64,000 nucleotides of DNA, taken from assembly GCA_965205025.1 (NCBI GenBank), contig CBDBFU010000009.1, positions 32,001 through 96,000 of the forward strand. The letters are read 5' to 3'. Source of the stretch: Candidatus Poribacteria bacterium. GTDB lineage: Bacteria > Poribacteria > WGA-4E > WGA-3G. Below, one piece after another: positions 27,618-38,056 of this stretch (positions are counted from its first letter, which is position 1; every line of letters begins with the position of its first letter). Position numbers and translations under genes: made by a program. The notes beneath the pieces were generated by a model. It was not told where the DNA came from. It worked only from the letters and a program-made list of their open reading frames with translations, and made no database searches.

Positions 27618-30559
27618 CTACCCAGCCGAACTTTTGAGGACTTCATCCCAATCCCACACAAGGATTGTACCATCCTGTCCCGTACTCACAAGCGTTTTAC
27701 CATCAGGTGAAAATACTAACGTTCCTACTGGTTCTGAGTGTCCATCAAGTGTAGTAAGTTTATCTCCAGATTCAATATCCCATAACTCAATTCCACCGTT
27801 CCTAAGTCCACTAACAAGCACGGTGTCATTTGGCGCAAACACTAACGTTTCAACACCTCCGTCAATTTCCCTTAGAAGCGTCAGTTTACTACCTCCCATT
27901 ACGCGAATTCGTTCATTACTTCCTATGGCAAGCAGTGCACCATTTGAAGAAAATGACAATGCTGCAATTGGTTTCCGTAGATTCTGTTCGGTTAGCGAAG
28001 TTAACACAGCACCAGTTTCTACATCCCACATCTCAACCTGTCCTTTCCAAGTTCCACTCACAACCTTCTTCCCGTCCGGAGAGAAGACCAAAGCACTGAT
28101 ACTTTGGAATTGATGTAGTAAGGCGTTGAGGTTTTCACCTGGTGGAAATACCAAAGCACCGTTTTGATCTAACTCCACTTTATCTGATAAAGGGTTATTG
28201 AGAACAGATCCTGTTTCCCTATTCCAAACGCAAACATTACCGAAACTGCTGAAAGCTACCGTTTTACCGTCAGGTGAAAAAGCAATTTCAATTGCTCCAG
28301 GAGGACCACCCATTGTTATCAAGTTTGCCAACTCATGTCCCGTCTGGACATCAGTAAAAATCACATCTCCTTTAGCACCTACGCTGACTAAATGAGATCC
28401 ATCGGACGAAAAAGCTAATCCAGATAACAAATCTTGATGTTTTGTCATCTGGACATCAGATTTTTGCCACGTTTTTAGATCCCAATGGGAAATAATACCA
28501 TTAATCTCCCCACTCAAAAGTGTAGTGTTATCTTTAAAAAAAGCTACTGCTTTCACCCACTCTGTGTGTCCGGTGATACGGGTCGGTAATGCAGCTCCAG
28601 TTTCTATATTCCAGAATCTGACCGTGCCGTCGGCACTACCGCTGACAAGTGTTGTGCCATCGGGTGAAAACGCTAAAGACCTAATTCTGTTTAAATGTCC
28701 AGTGAAAGTTTTGATTGGTTTACCCGTAGCGGTATCCCACAACTGTACGGTCTTATCAGTACTCCCACTGGCAAGCATTTTTCCATCCAGAGAGAATGCT
28801 AACACGCTTATCCGACCTGTGTGTCTTCTAAGGGTGATCGATTCGTCATTACTGGTAGTATCCGATATTAGGACTGTTGTATCCCTACTTCCACTGGCCA
28901 AGATATGTACCATCAGGCGAAAATGCCAGAGCTAATACACGCTTATCTACCTCCAAAGGCAATGGATCTTGATTTTTTCCAAAGAGCTTGCTTGAAATTC
29001 TTCTGAGAATTGTTAACTTTTCTGCATGTCCTCTGAGTGTAGATGTTTTTTTACCAGTCGTCGTATCCCACAACTCGATCCTTCCGTCCGTACCACCGAC
29101 AGCAAATTTATCATGTGTGAGCGCATAAGGTTCAGAATCACTTCGCCGCTTTATCACTTCCCAAGATCGTTCTTGGATCTCCTCCACATTTCCCCTTTTG
29201 GTTTCAATATCTAACTGACCAATTGAGTCTCCCCAATTTCCCAAACTGACAAGTGTTTTTCCATCTTCAGAAAACCGCAGTTCAGAGGCTGGTAAAAGAG
29301 CATTAGGGAGTGACACTTTGTTACCAGTAGCGACTTCCCACAGTTGAAGTTCCTTTCCACGGAATCTACCACCGCTTCCATATCTACCGCCTCCATTGGC
29401 AAGAAATCGTCCGTCAGGTGAAAATGCAAGGGATTGACACATACCAGGGAACATAGTCAATTCTTTCCCTGTTTTAGCATCATAAAGCCATACACCGATA
29501 TTACTACCTACCGCGAGTAGCGTGCCATCTGGTGAAAACTGCATAACATTAATTCCACCCTTTCCTAAACGCGCTTTCGCTGCCTTCGGCAATTCCCACT
29601 TTGTATAATCTTCTGCTATTTCATCTGTTTGCGTCTCTGCAATTGCTGGGGTGGCATCATTAAGTTGCATGTCAGAGTTATTGTCTTTATCCTGTGCGTT
29701 GACATTTCCAATTTTCACCTGCTCATTAGATGTTGATTCTAAGTTTGCGACTATTGGAGCGTCAACGATCTCAATAGACATCTCTGCATTTGCATCTAAA
29801 CTATAAGGTTTTTGAAAACGCGCCAGGTATTGATGGTTTCCAAAACCGAGCATGAGTAACACCACTAATAACGTGGAAGCGGCAGCTGCCCACGGAACTA
29901 AAGGTTTACCACTGGCGGGAGTTGAAATTTTTGTACGAGAAATCTCACCCATGATGGTTTCTGTTAGATTCGGGGATATTTGAAAATTATCTAATGCCTC
30001 CCTTATGACCGGCTCTTCTTTCTGTAAACGCTGCTGAGCACGGTGAAGTCTACTTTTAACTGTATTTGCGGAAACACCTAAAAACGCACCAATCTCTTTA
30101 CACGACATATCACCAAAATAGTGAAGTGTCATGACAGTCCGTTCACTTTCCTTAAGTTTCGCAAGCAGTTTTTTGAACAACATCTTGCTGTGTTTGTACG
30201 GTTATCCGTTCATTCTCTTCAAGCACGTACTCAGAATAAGTCGGTTTTTCACGATGTGTGGTATCTTTATCCTTTAGCAATTGCTTACGTAAATGCTTTT
30301 TTCGTAACCAAGAACTGCAGCGGTTTGTAGCAATCACATAGAGCCAACTCGCAAACTGCTGAGGTTCTTTCAGAGTTGTCAGTTTTTGGTATGCGTTCAG
30401 AAATGTATCTTGTGTAATCTCTTCTGCAGTATGAAAATCTCCAATCTTTCGCCACACCAAAGCGTGAACCTGTTTTTGGTATTTCTCCACAAGTTCCGCA
30501 AAAGCAGTATCATCACCATCAATACTACGATTTATTAATTGTACATCATTGCTTTTCAT
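27618..30559 (-). CDS. ECF sigma factor-TM-WD40 fusion, copy 2, split by two +1 frameshifts (~30172, ~28898)
   Basis: ORFs 30152-30559, 28885-30183 and 27618-28913 join into one colinear paralogue; T6 run where the paralogues have T5. Confidence 0.88.
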
Positions 30560-30584
30560 AGATCCCCTCCGATTTACCCTATAG

Positions 30585-30613
30585 TGACGCTATGAATAGG
30601 TGAAACGGGTGCA
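30585..30613 (-). promoter_or_regulatory. Candidate ECF promoter, copy 2
   Basis: TGCACCC-N17-CGTCA. Confidence 0.7.
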
Positions 30614-30788
30614 GAAATTTGAATGTTAGTATAGATCTACCATTCTGATGGATTTTGGAAATAGTAGCATACTATTGAAAAGTGTATTAAAGATGATATA
30701 TTGCATTATACAAATATGAATGATCTTAGATCCAGCAATGCGATAGAGAGATTATATATAGGAACATGAGAATCATAGAATATATCTT

Positions 30789-33719
30789 TTAAAGGTCCAA
30801 TTTTTCTTCTTCAGTTGAACCTTTAAGAACTTCTTCCCAATCCCATACAAGAATTGTACCGTCATATCCTGAACTAACAAGCGTTTTACCATTAGGTGAA
30901 AATGCCAGCGTCTTCACTGTTGCGGTGTGTCCTCTAAGTGTGGTAAGTTTGTCCCCAGTTTCAATATCCCACAGTTCAATCCCCCCGTCTATCCGACCAC
31001 CACTAACAAGCAATGGACTATCTGGCACAAATACTAATGTCGTTGTACCACTTTCAATTTTCCTCAGAAGCATCAGTTCATTACTTGCCATTACGTGGAT
31101 ACGCCTAGTATTTCCCACGGCGAGCAAAACACCATTTGAAGAAAATGACAATGTTGTAATACGATTCCACTTTGAAATCTGCCCAGTAAACGAAGCTAAA
31201 GCAACACCTCTTTCCACATCCCACATCTCAACATTCCCTTCACTGGTTCCGGTGACAAGTTTATCTCCGTCTGGTGAAAATGCCAAAGCAGTGATCCATA
31301 CATCACCTTGATCCGAATACTGGATATGCCGGATTTTGTTGGTTTCTATATTCCATAATTGAATTTTCCCGTACGAATTACTGTTACTACTAACACCGAA
31401 GACTGCCGTTTTTCCATCAGGTGAAAATGTTAGATCACTTGACCATCTTTCTTCATTGGAACGCGTCTTAGTGATCATCTCACGACCAGTGCTAACATTA
31501 GTCAAGCGAATTAGAAAAGTTCTTCCCAACCGAGAATTCGGGTTGTATTGAAATCCCTTACTGAGGAATTTGGATCCATCAGGTGAAAACGCTGGTAGAG
31601 GATTCATTGCCAAATCCGCTGTATTCTCAAAAGCAGTTTTAGTATGGTGTGTGATTGTTTGTCCTGTCTTGAGATTCCATAAGGTGATAATTCGTGCATA
31701 AGTGGCGCTTGCAAGTGTGGAACTATCATTCATGAAACTTAACGTTCTCACGTCAACGGTGTGTTCTGTAATGTTATGCGGCAACTGATCTCCTGTTTTG
31801 ATATTCCAATATAGGACAGTGCCATCTCTTCTACTTGCACTCGTAAGGGTGCTGCCATCAGGTGAAAACGCTAAATTGTAAACTTTATTAATGTGACCTG
31901 TAAAAGTGGCGAGAGATTCGCCGGTAGCAGCGTCCCACAATCTCACCTTATTGTTGTCTCCACTGGCAAGCATTTTTCCATCCGGCGAGAATACTAACAC
32001 TTTGGGACTGTCCGATTGTTTTTGTTGGAAGATAATATGTTCATTATTATCGGTAGTATTCCATAATCGCACTGTATTATCTAATCTTCCACTGGCGAGG
32101 CGCGTGCCATCAGGTGAAAATGCCAAGGATACGACGGGGTTCCGCTTGCGGTTTAAATAATATGGATCCTGAATCTTCTTTTGAGGTCCTGTAAGTGTAG
32201 ACACCTTTTTGCCAGTCTTTGAATTCCACAATTCAAGTATTCCGTTGTCTTCTCCTATCGCAACTTTATTGTGCGTGAGTGCATAGACTGCACTGGGAAG
32301 TGGCTCCAGATCCGGACGGTTTTCAATCTTCTTGACATCACTCATACCGGTTTCGATATCTATCCAACAGATAGTGTCTCCTGATTTATTCAGAACAACA
32401 AGTGTTTTGCTGTCTTTAGAGAACCAAAACACAGATGCAGCAGGTAGAGCATCGTGTAATGCCACTTCTTGACCTGTAGCTATCTCCCACAACTGGAGTC
32501 CTGTTTCGTAGCGGGTGCCGCCAGCCCTACTATTGGGATCACCTCCACCATTTACGAGGAAACGTCCATCTGGTGAGATTGCAAGTGATTCACATCTTCC
32601 CGGTAATAGCGAAGTTTCTTTGCCAGTCTCCGCATCATACAACCACACTCCTATATCACTCCCAACAGCGAGATGATTACCATCTGGAGAAAATTGCATA
32701 GCGCGAATACTCCCTTTTCCTAAACGTGTTTTCGCCTTTTCAGGTAATGCCCATTGTCTATAATCTTCTGCTATTTCATCTGTTTGCGTCTCTGCAATTA
32801 CTGCAGCGACATCAGGTTGCTTTTCAGGATTATTGTCTTTATTCTGGGCATTGACACTCCTAATTTGAAGTCGCACATTTGGCTTAGATTCTAAGTTTGC
32901 GATTATTGGAGCATCAACAATCTCAATAGACATCTCTGCATTTGCATCTAAACTATAAGGTTTCTGAAAACGCGCCAAGTATTGATGGTTTCCAAAACCA
33001 AGTATAAGTAATACAACTGCTAACGTAGAGGCTGCAACTGTCCATGGAAATAAAGGTTTACTACTGGTGGGTGTTGAAACTTTAGTACGCGAAATCTCAC
33101 CCATGATAGTTTCTGTTAGATTCGGGGATATTTGGAAATTATCTAATGCCTCCCTTATGACCGGTTCTTCTTTCTGTAAACGCTGTTGCGCACGGTGAAG
33201 TCGACTTTTAACGGTATTGGCAGAAACACCTAAAAACGCACCAATCTCTTTACACGACATATCACCAAAATAGTGAAGTGTCATAACAGTCCGTTCACTT
33301 TCCTTGAGTTTCGCAAGCAGTTTTTGAACAACATCGCGTTTTGCTTGTCCAGACATACGCTCGTTTTCTTCAACAACGTATTCGGAGTACGCTGTTTTTT
33401 CTAACTGCTCCTTGTCTGCCTGGTCCAGATGATCCAATGATTGTGTCTGCAAACGCTTTTTTCGCAGCCATGAACTACAGCTGTTCGCTGCAATTACATA
33501 GAGCCAACTCGCAAACTGTTGAGGCTCCTTTAGGGTTGTCAATCGCTTGTATGCCTTCAAGAATGTATCCTGCGTAATCTCCTCAGCGATATGAAAATCT
33601 CCGATTTTTCGCCACGCAAGCGCGTGAACCTGCTTCTGGTATTTTCTCACAAGCACGGAAAAAGCGTCATCATCGCCTGCAAGGACGCGTTGAATAAGCT
33701 TAACATCGTCGTTCTTCAT
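30789..33719 (-). CDS. ECF sigma factor-TM-WD40 fusion, copy 3
   Basis: Same architecture; N-terminal ~220 aa almost identical to copy 1. Confidence 0.93.
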   Translation of the reverse strand: MKNDDVKLIQRVLAGDDDAFSVLVRKYQKQVHALAWRKIGDFHIAEEITQDTFLKAYKRLTTLKEPQQFASWLYVIAANSCSSWLRKKRLQTQSLDHLDQADKEQLEKTAYSEYVVEENERMSGQAKRDVVQKLLAKLKESERTVMTLHYFGDMSCKEIGAFLGVSANTVKSRLHRAQQRLQKEEPVIREALDNFQISPNLTETIMGEISRTKVSTPTSSKPLFPWTVAASTLAVVLLILGFGNHQYLARFQKPYSLDANAEMSIEIVDAPIIANLESKPNVRLQIRSVNAQNKDNNPEKQPDVAAVIAETQTDEIAEDYRQWALPEKAKTRLGKGSIRAMQFSPDGNHLAVGSDIGVWLYDAETGKETSLLPGRCESLAISPDGRFLVNGGGDPNSRAGGTRYETGLQLWEIATGQEVALHDALPAASVFWFSKDSKTLVVLNKSGDTICWIDIETGMSDVKKIENRPDLEPLPSAVYALTHNKVAIGEDNGILELWNSKTGKKVSTLTGPQKKIQDPYYLNRKRNPVVSLAFSPDGTRLASGRLDNTVRLWNTTDNNEHIIFQQKQSDSPKVLVFSPDGKMLASGDNNKVRLWDAATGESLATFTGHINKVYNLAFSPDGSTLTSASRRDGTVLYWNIKTGDQLPHNITEHTVDVRTLSFMNDSSTLASATYARIITLWNLKTGQTITHHTKTAFENTADLAMNPLPAFSPDGSKFLSKGFQYNPNSRLGRTFLIRLTNVSTGREMITKTRSNEERWSSDLTFSPDGKTAVFGVSSNSNSYGKIQLWNIETNKIRHIQYSDQGDVWITALAFSPDGDKLVTGTSEGNVEMWDVERGVALASFTGQISKWNRITTLSFSSNGVLLAVGNTRRIHVMASNELMLLRKIESGTTTLVFVPDSPLLVSGGRIDGGIELWDIETGDKLTTLRGHTATVKTLAFSPNGKTLVSSGYDGTILVWDWEEVLKGSTEEEKLDL

Positions 33720-33953
33720 TTAGACACCTCGAAAAAATGGTTGCATCACTCTGGTTTTATAAATTGTGACGCAACTTGGAAGTGCAACGGGTGCATAATT
33801 CTGCAAAAATAAAAGTGTGTTTAGATAAGAAAATTAGAGAATTATTGGTAAACAGGAAATCTGAAGGAAATTATAACGGATTATATTTCTTCTGTTAGTA
33901 GAATTATACCATAAATTTGGTTTCTGGGAAGGATTTTGCAAAAGAATTAGATT
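33052..33953. repeat. ~900-bp near-identical duplication of 26533-27434 (ECF module plus upstream region)
   Basis: Constant offset of 6519 bp with scattered substitutions. Confidence 0.92.
33767..33795 (-). promoter_or_regulatory. Candidate ECF promoter, copy 3
   Basis: TGCACCC-N17-CGTCA. Confidence 0.7.
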
Positions 33954-34148
33954 GTGATGGGGTCTTATCTCAAGATTTACGTATAGTTTGGTTGCGCGTG
34001 AACCTTTGAAGTACATAGCGCGGAAGGGGCAGGACAAATTGTGCAAGTCTATCTTATCCTGGTAAAGTCTCCTTTTATTATCAATTAGTATTCGGTGTCC
34101 GTTAGCACCGTTTACGACTAACAGACACCTAAAGTACCCGTTCAAAGT

Positions 34149-34622
34149 TTATGATTTTCTTTCGGCACGCTTTTTCTCTTCAGGTTTGGAAGGCTCATCT
34201 GTATCAGAGTTACCTTCTAAAAACTTCATGATAGCTTCGCCCTTTTCGCGGCTTTCTGAAGGAATTACCTTTCTAGCTTTCATCGTCTTTATAATTCTCG
34301 CCCCAAACTTCTCCCGGAAAACGGCCAAACGTTTGTGCCTCTCTGTACGTTTTTCCTCTGTAGTTGCAGAATCGGGCAGTTTTGACCTCAGAATTTCGGG
34401 CAATTCTGCCATTATCTCCCTACCGAGTTGAAGCGCTACATCCTTTTCTTTTGGATCGTCAATGCATTCTATGAGGGTCGGATCGTCTTCACATTCTTTA
34501 AGAAGACGTTGTAATTTATCAAACTCTTGTTGAAATAATGCCTCGTGTGCTTCAGCTTCTGCTGTCTTTTCAGAATCATCAGAAACTGGTTCAGGGTTCA
34601 CAAGCAATTTCTTAGTTCCCAT
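34149..34622 (-). CDS. Hypothetical charged alpha-helical protein within the ECF array
   Basis: AAGGAG RBS before ATG 34622; protein-like composition. Confidence 0.65.
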   Translation of the reverse strand: MGTKKLLVNPEPVSDDSEKTAEAEAHEALFQQEFDKLQRLLKECEDDPTLIECIDDPKEKDVALQLGREIMAELPEILRSKLPDSATTEEKRTERHKRLAVFREKFGARIIKTMKARKVIPSESREKGEAIMKFLEGNSDTDEPSKPEEKKRAERKS

Positions 34623-34929
34623 TTTGGTTCTCCTTTCACCGCACATTCATGAAAAATGTCGGTTGAATTCTTTCCAGTTAAAACCGTTGTGGCCAACCGG
34701 AAATCGTTACCTGAGTAAGATTGAGTCTTTTGCCGATCTTACCGCAATTGTCCTTGAAACGTCAAATACACAAGCATCAACTTTTGATGGCTTACAGATA
34801 CCTTGACTGATAACCAGTACGTTCACAATTAAAACGTTATAATGTCTAATAAAAACTATTTACACAACGCCAGTAAATAGAGAGGCACCACTTTCTTTAT
34901 AATTCTAATCTTTTTCCGAACTCACGTAT

Positions 34930-37929
34930 CTACTTATTTTTCTCTCGGTTAGAACCTTTGAGAACTTCATCCCAATCCCACAGAAGAATTGCGCCATCTT
35001 GCCCTGTACTCATAAGTGTTTTGCCATCAGGTGAGAACACCAACGTCTTCACTGGCGCCGTGTGTCCATCAAGTATAGTCAGTTTGTCTCCTGTTTCCGT
35101 GTCCCATAGCTTAATTCCACCATAATTAAGTCCCGCAACAAGGATGCGATTATCTGGTGAAAATACAAACACTTCAACAATAAACGTTTTGGCACCATGG
35201 GACACTTCCTTAAAAGTGATCTGTTCCTTAATCTCAATCAAACGGATTTGTTTATGAGTTGCCACAACAAGCAAATTGCCATTTGGCGAGAATGCCAATG
35301 TTTTAATACTTTCCTTATAAAGGATGCCACTGTTATCAGTTTTGCCACTGAATACCGGTTCCTCTCCCGTAAAGAGAAGTGCTAACGGAATTCCAGTTTT
35401 CGCATCCCACATCTGCACTTTTCCGTCCTTGGTTCCACTAACAAGTTTTTTGCCGTCTGGCGAAAAAACTAAAGTGCTGATTGTAGACTTAAACTTGCGC
35501 TTGTGCTTGCGCTTGCGCTTAACGTTCTGATATGAGGGGGATATATCAGGGAGAGATATATCAGAAATCTCACCTGTCTCTGTATTCCATAGACGAATCT
35601 TACCAGAATTGCTGAATGCCACCGTTTTTCCATCAGGTGAAAAAGCCACGGGTGAAAAAAATCCTTTTTTCGCAGCCAAAGTCTGCAACTGGCGTCCCGT
35701 CCTAACATTACTCAGACGAACCAGCGGCTCATCCCACTTTATAGGGGCATCTGGGAAGGCTCTATTACCTTTTTCACGAAAACTGACGAGCTTTGTCCCA
35801 TCAGGTGAAAACGTTGAAAACGATGATAACCCATGTTGCCGTCTTTCTAGGTAGAAATCGGTTGTTTGCAATGCATTCGAACCTGTTTTTTGTGATGTTT
35901 TCACATCCCAAAGGCTAATTACCTGATCATAAGCGACACTCGCAAGCGTGGTGTTATCTTTAAAGAAAGTTACTGCTTCCACCTCCATTGTGTGTCCGGT
36001 GATGCGTGTGGGTAATAGATTCCCATTTTTGATATTCCAAAATCGGACTGTGCCCATTGTAGTTGCACCGGCTAGTATGCGATTATCTGGTGAAAACGTT
36101 AAAGCAATGATGCCGCCGGCATGACCTGTGAAAGTGGTGATAGGCTCACCAGTGGCGACATCCCACAATTGCACTGTTTGCTCTGTCTTACGTCTCCCTC
36201 CGCAGGCAAGCATTTTTCCATCCGATGAGAATGCTAACACGTCGACCTTCTTCGCGTGTTTGTCAAGGAGAATAGATTCGTTGCTGTTGGTATCCCATAA
36301 TTGTAATGTGAATGTTTCATCATTATTTTCACCTGCACTCGCGAGACGTGTGCCATCAGGTGAAAATTCCAAGGCTAAAAGAGATGTGTTTCCCTTGAGT
36401 GTAAACAGTATTTTGCCGGGTATTTCTCCGGTCGTTGTGTCCCGCAACTCAATCTCAGTTCCCATTCCAACTGCAAATTTATCATGTGTGAGCGCATAGT
36501 ATCTATGATCAACGATCGTCGGTGTCTGATCTTCCGTAATACGCTTCAACATTCTTTTACCGGTTTCAACATCCAGCCGGAGGAAAATGGTTCCCCACAC
36601 GTCATCCAAACCAAAAAGTGTTTTGCCATCTGCAGAGAACCGCAATACTGAGGCATGCGGAAAAAGACGAGGAGTGAGTTGCATTTTCTGACCGGTAGCT
36701 ACTTCCCACAACTGGAGTCCCACTGCAAACAACCGGTTTCCCTTTCTGTGAGAACCTCCAATACTGCCTGCAAGGAAGTGGCCGTCTGGAGAAAATGCGA
36801 TGGATTCGTACTTACCGGGGAACATGGATACTTCTTTACTCGTTTTCGCATCATAAAGCCACAAACCGATATCGCTGCCTACCGCGAGTAGCGTGCCATC
36901 TGGTGAGAATTGCATGACATTAATTCCACCCTTGCCTAAACGCGCCTTTGCCTTTTCAGGCAATTCCCATTTTGTCCAATCTTTCACAATTTCATCCCCT
37001 TGTGCCTCTGCAACTGCTGCAGAAGCATCATTCGGTTGCTGTTCAGGGTTATTGTGTTTATTCAATGCATTGACATTTTCTATTTGCATCCGCACATCAG
37101 GTTTGGATTCTAAGTTCGCAACAACAGGTGCGTCAATGATCTCAACTGCCATCTCCGAGGTAGCATCTAAACTATAGGGTTTCTGAAAACGTGCCAGGTA
37201 TCGGTGATTTCCAAAACCGAGCATGAGTAACACGACTACTAACGTGGAAGCAGCTACTGCCCATGGGACTAACGGTTTACTACCAGACGGTTTTACGGGT
37301 TTGGTCCGCGAAATCTCACGCATGATATTGTCAGTAAGATTCGGAGTGATTTTGAAATTGTCTAAAGCCTCTCTTATGACCGGTTCTTCTTTCTGTAAAC
37401 GCTGTTGCGCGCGGTGAAGTCGACTTTTAACGGTATTGGCAGAAACACCTAAAAACGTTCCAATCTCTTTACATGACATATCTCCAAAATAGTGAAGTGT
37501 CATGACAGTCCGTTCACTTTCCTTAAGTTTTGAAAGCAGTTTTTCGACAACAATACGCTGGGTTTCTACCGAGGAGCGTTTGTTTTCTGTAGCAACATAT
37601 TCCGAATAAGTTGATTCTTCAGGTTGTGTGCTATCAATCTTCTCTTGCAGTTGGGTTCGGATGTTTTTATTACGTAACCATGTATTGCAAAGATTTGAAG
37701 CAATTACATACAACCATCCAGCAAATAGATGTGGTTTCTTCAAAGTTCTGAGTTGCTGATATGCCCTCAGAAATGTATCCTGCGTAAGTTCTTCAGCAAA
37801 ATGAAAATCCCCAATTTTCTTCCACACAAGGGCATGAACCTGTTTTTGGTATTTTTCAACAAGCTCCGAGAATGCATTATCATCACCTTCGAGACTGCGG
37901 TGAATCAGGTGTGTATCATTGTTTATCAT
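34930..37929 (-). CDS. ECF sigma factor-TM-WD40 fusion, copy 4
   Basis: Same architecture, 999 aa; GGAGG RBS. Confidence 0.93.
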   Translation of the reverse strand: MINNDTHLIHRSLEGDDNAFSELVEKYQKQVHALVWKKIGDFHFAEELTQDTFLRAYQQLRTLKKPHLFAGWLYVIASNLCNTWLRNKNIRTQLQEKIDSTQPEESTYSEYVATENKRSSVETQRIVVEKLLSKLKESERTVMTLHYFGDMSCKEIGTFLGVSANTVKSRLHRAQQRLQKEEPVIREALDNFKITPNLTDNIMREISRTKPVKPSGSKPLVPWAVAASTLVVVLLMLGFGNHRYLARFQKPYSLDATSEMAVEIIDAPVVANLESKPDVRMQIENVNALNKHNNPEQQPNDASAAVAEAQGDEIVKDWTKWELPEKAKARLGKGGINVMQFSPDGTLLAVGSDIGLWLYDAKTSKEVSMFPGKYESIAFSPDGHFLAGSIGGSHRKGNRLFAVGLQLWEVATGQKMQLTPRLFPHASVLRFSADGKTLFGLDDVWGTIFLRLDVETGKRMLKRITEDQTPTIVDHRYYALTHDKFAVGMGTEIELRDTTTGEIPGKILFTLKGNTSLLALEFSPDGTRLASAGENNDETFTLQLWDTNSNESILLDKHAKKVDVLAFSSDGKMLACGGRRKTEQTVQLWDVATGEPITTFTGHAGGIIALTFSPDNRILAGATTMGTVRFWNIKNGNLLPTRITGHTMEVEAVTFFKDNTTLASVAYDQVISLWDVKTSQKTGSNALQTTDFYLERRQHGLSSFSTFSPDGTKLVSFREKGNRAFPDAPIKWDEPLVRLSNVRTGRQLQTLAAKKGFFSPVAFSPDGKTVAFSNSGKIRLWNTETGEISDISLPDISPSYQNVKRKRKHKRKFKSTISTLVFSPDGKKLVSGTKDGKVQMWDAKTGIPLALLFTGEEPVFSGKTDNSGILYKESIKTLAFSPNGNLLVVATHKQIRLIEIKEQITFKEVSHGAKTFIVEVFVFSPDNRILVAGLNYGGIKLWDTETGDKLTILDGHTAPVKTLVFSPDGKTLMSTGQDGAILLWDWDEVLKGSNREKNK

Positions 37930-37970
37930 AGATTCCCTCCGATTATATTTTTCACCTTTTATATTTATAA

Positions 37971-37999
37971 TGACAACGCAAAGGAATAAATGGGGTGCA
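37971..37999 (-). promoter_or_regulatory. Candidate ECF promoter, copy 4
   Basis: TGCACCC-N17-TGTCA. Confidence 0.65.
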
Positions 38000-38056
38000 T
38001 AATTATTAAATAAAATGAAATCTATGGTTCGACTTATACTCTACCACAGTCTAATA

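Noticed and set aside
6431-30559. Frameshifts in the CBM9-like gene (x3), LamG, PhyH, sucC, Rpn and ECF copy 2 (x2) as pseudogenisation, phase variation or programmed frameshifting
   Set aside because: All are single extra bases, nearly all in 2-6-nt homopolymers, with no accompanying in-frame stops or decay, and one hits core sucC; long-read consensus error is most parsimonious. Read polishing would decide.
33834-34145. 103-aa minus-strand ORF
   Set aside because: Overlaps the duplicated non-coding upstream region and is not preserved as an ORF in the other copy
24727-37417. Many plus-strand ORFs opposite the WD40 genes
   Set aside because: Antisense shadows of repetitive coding sequence
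24450-37929. Diversity-generating retroelement acting on the WD40 genes
   Set aside because: No reverse transcriptase in the window and no template/variable pair with adenine-specific differences seen
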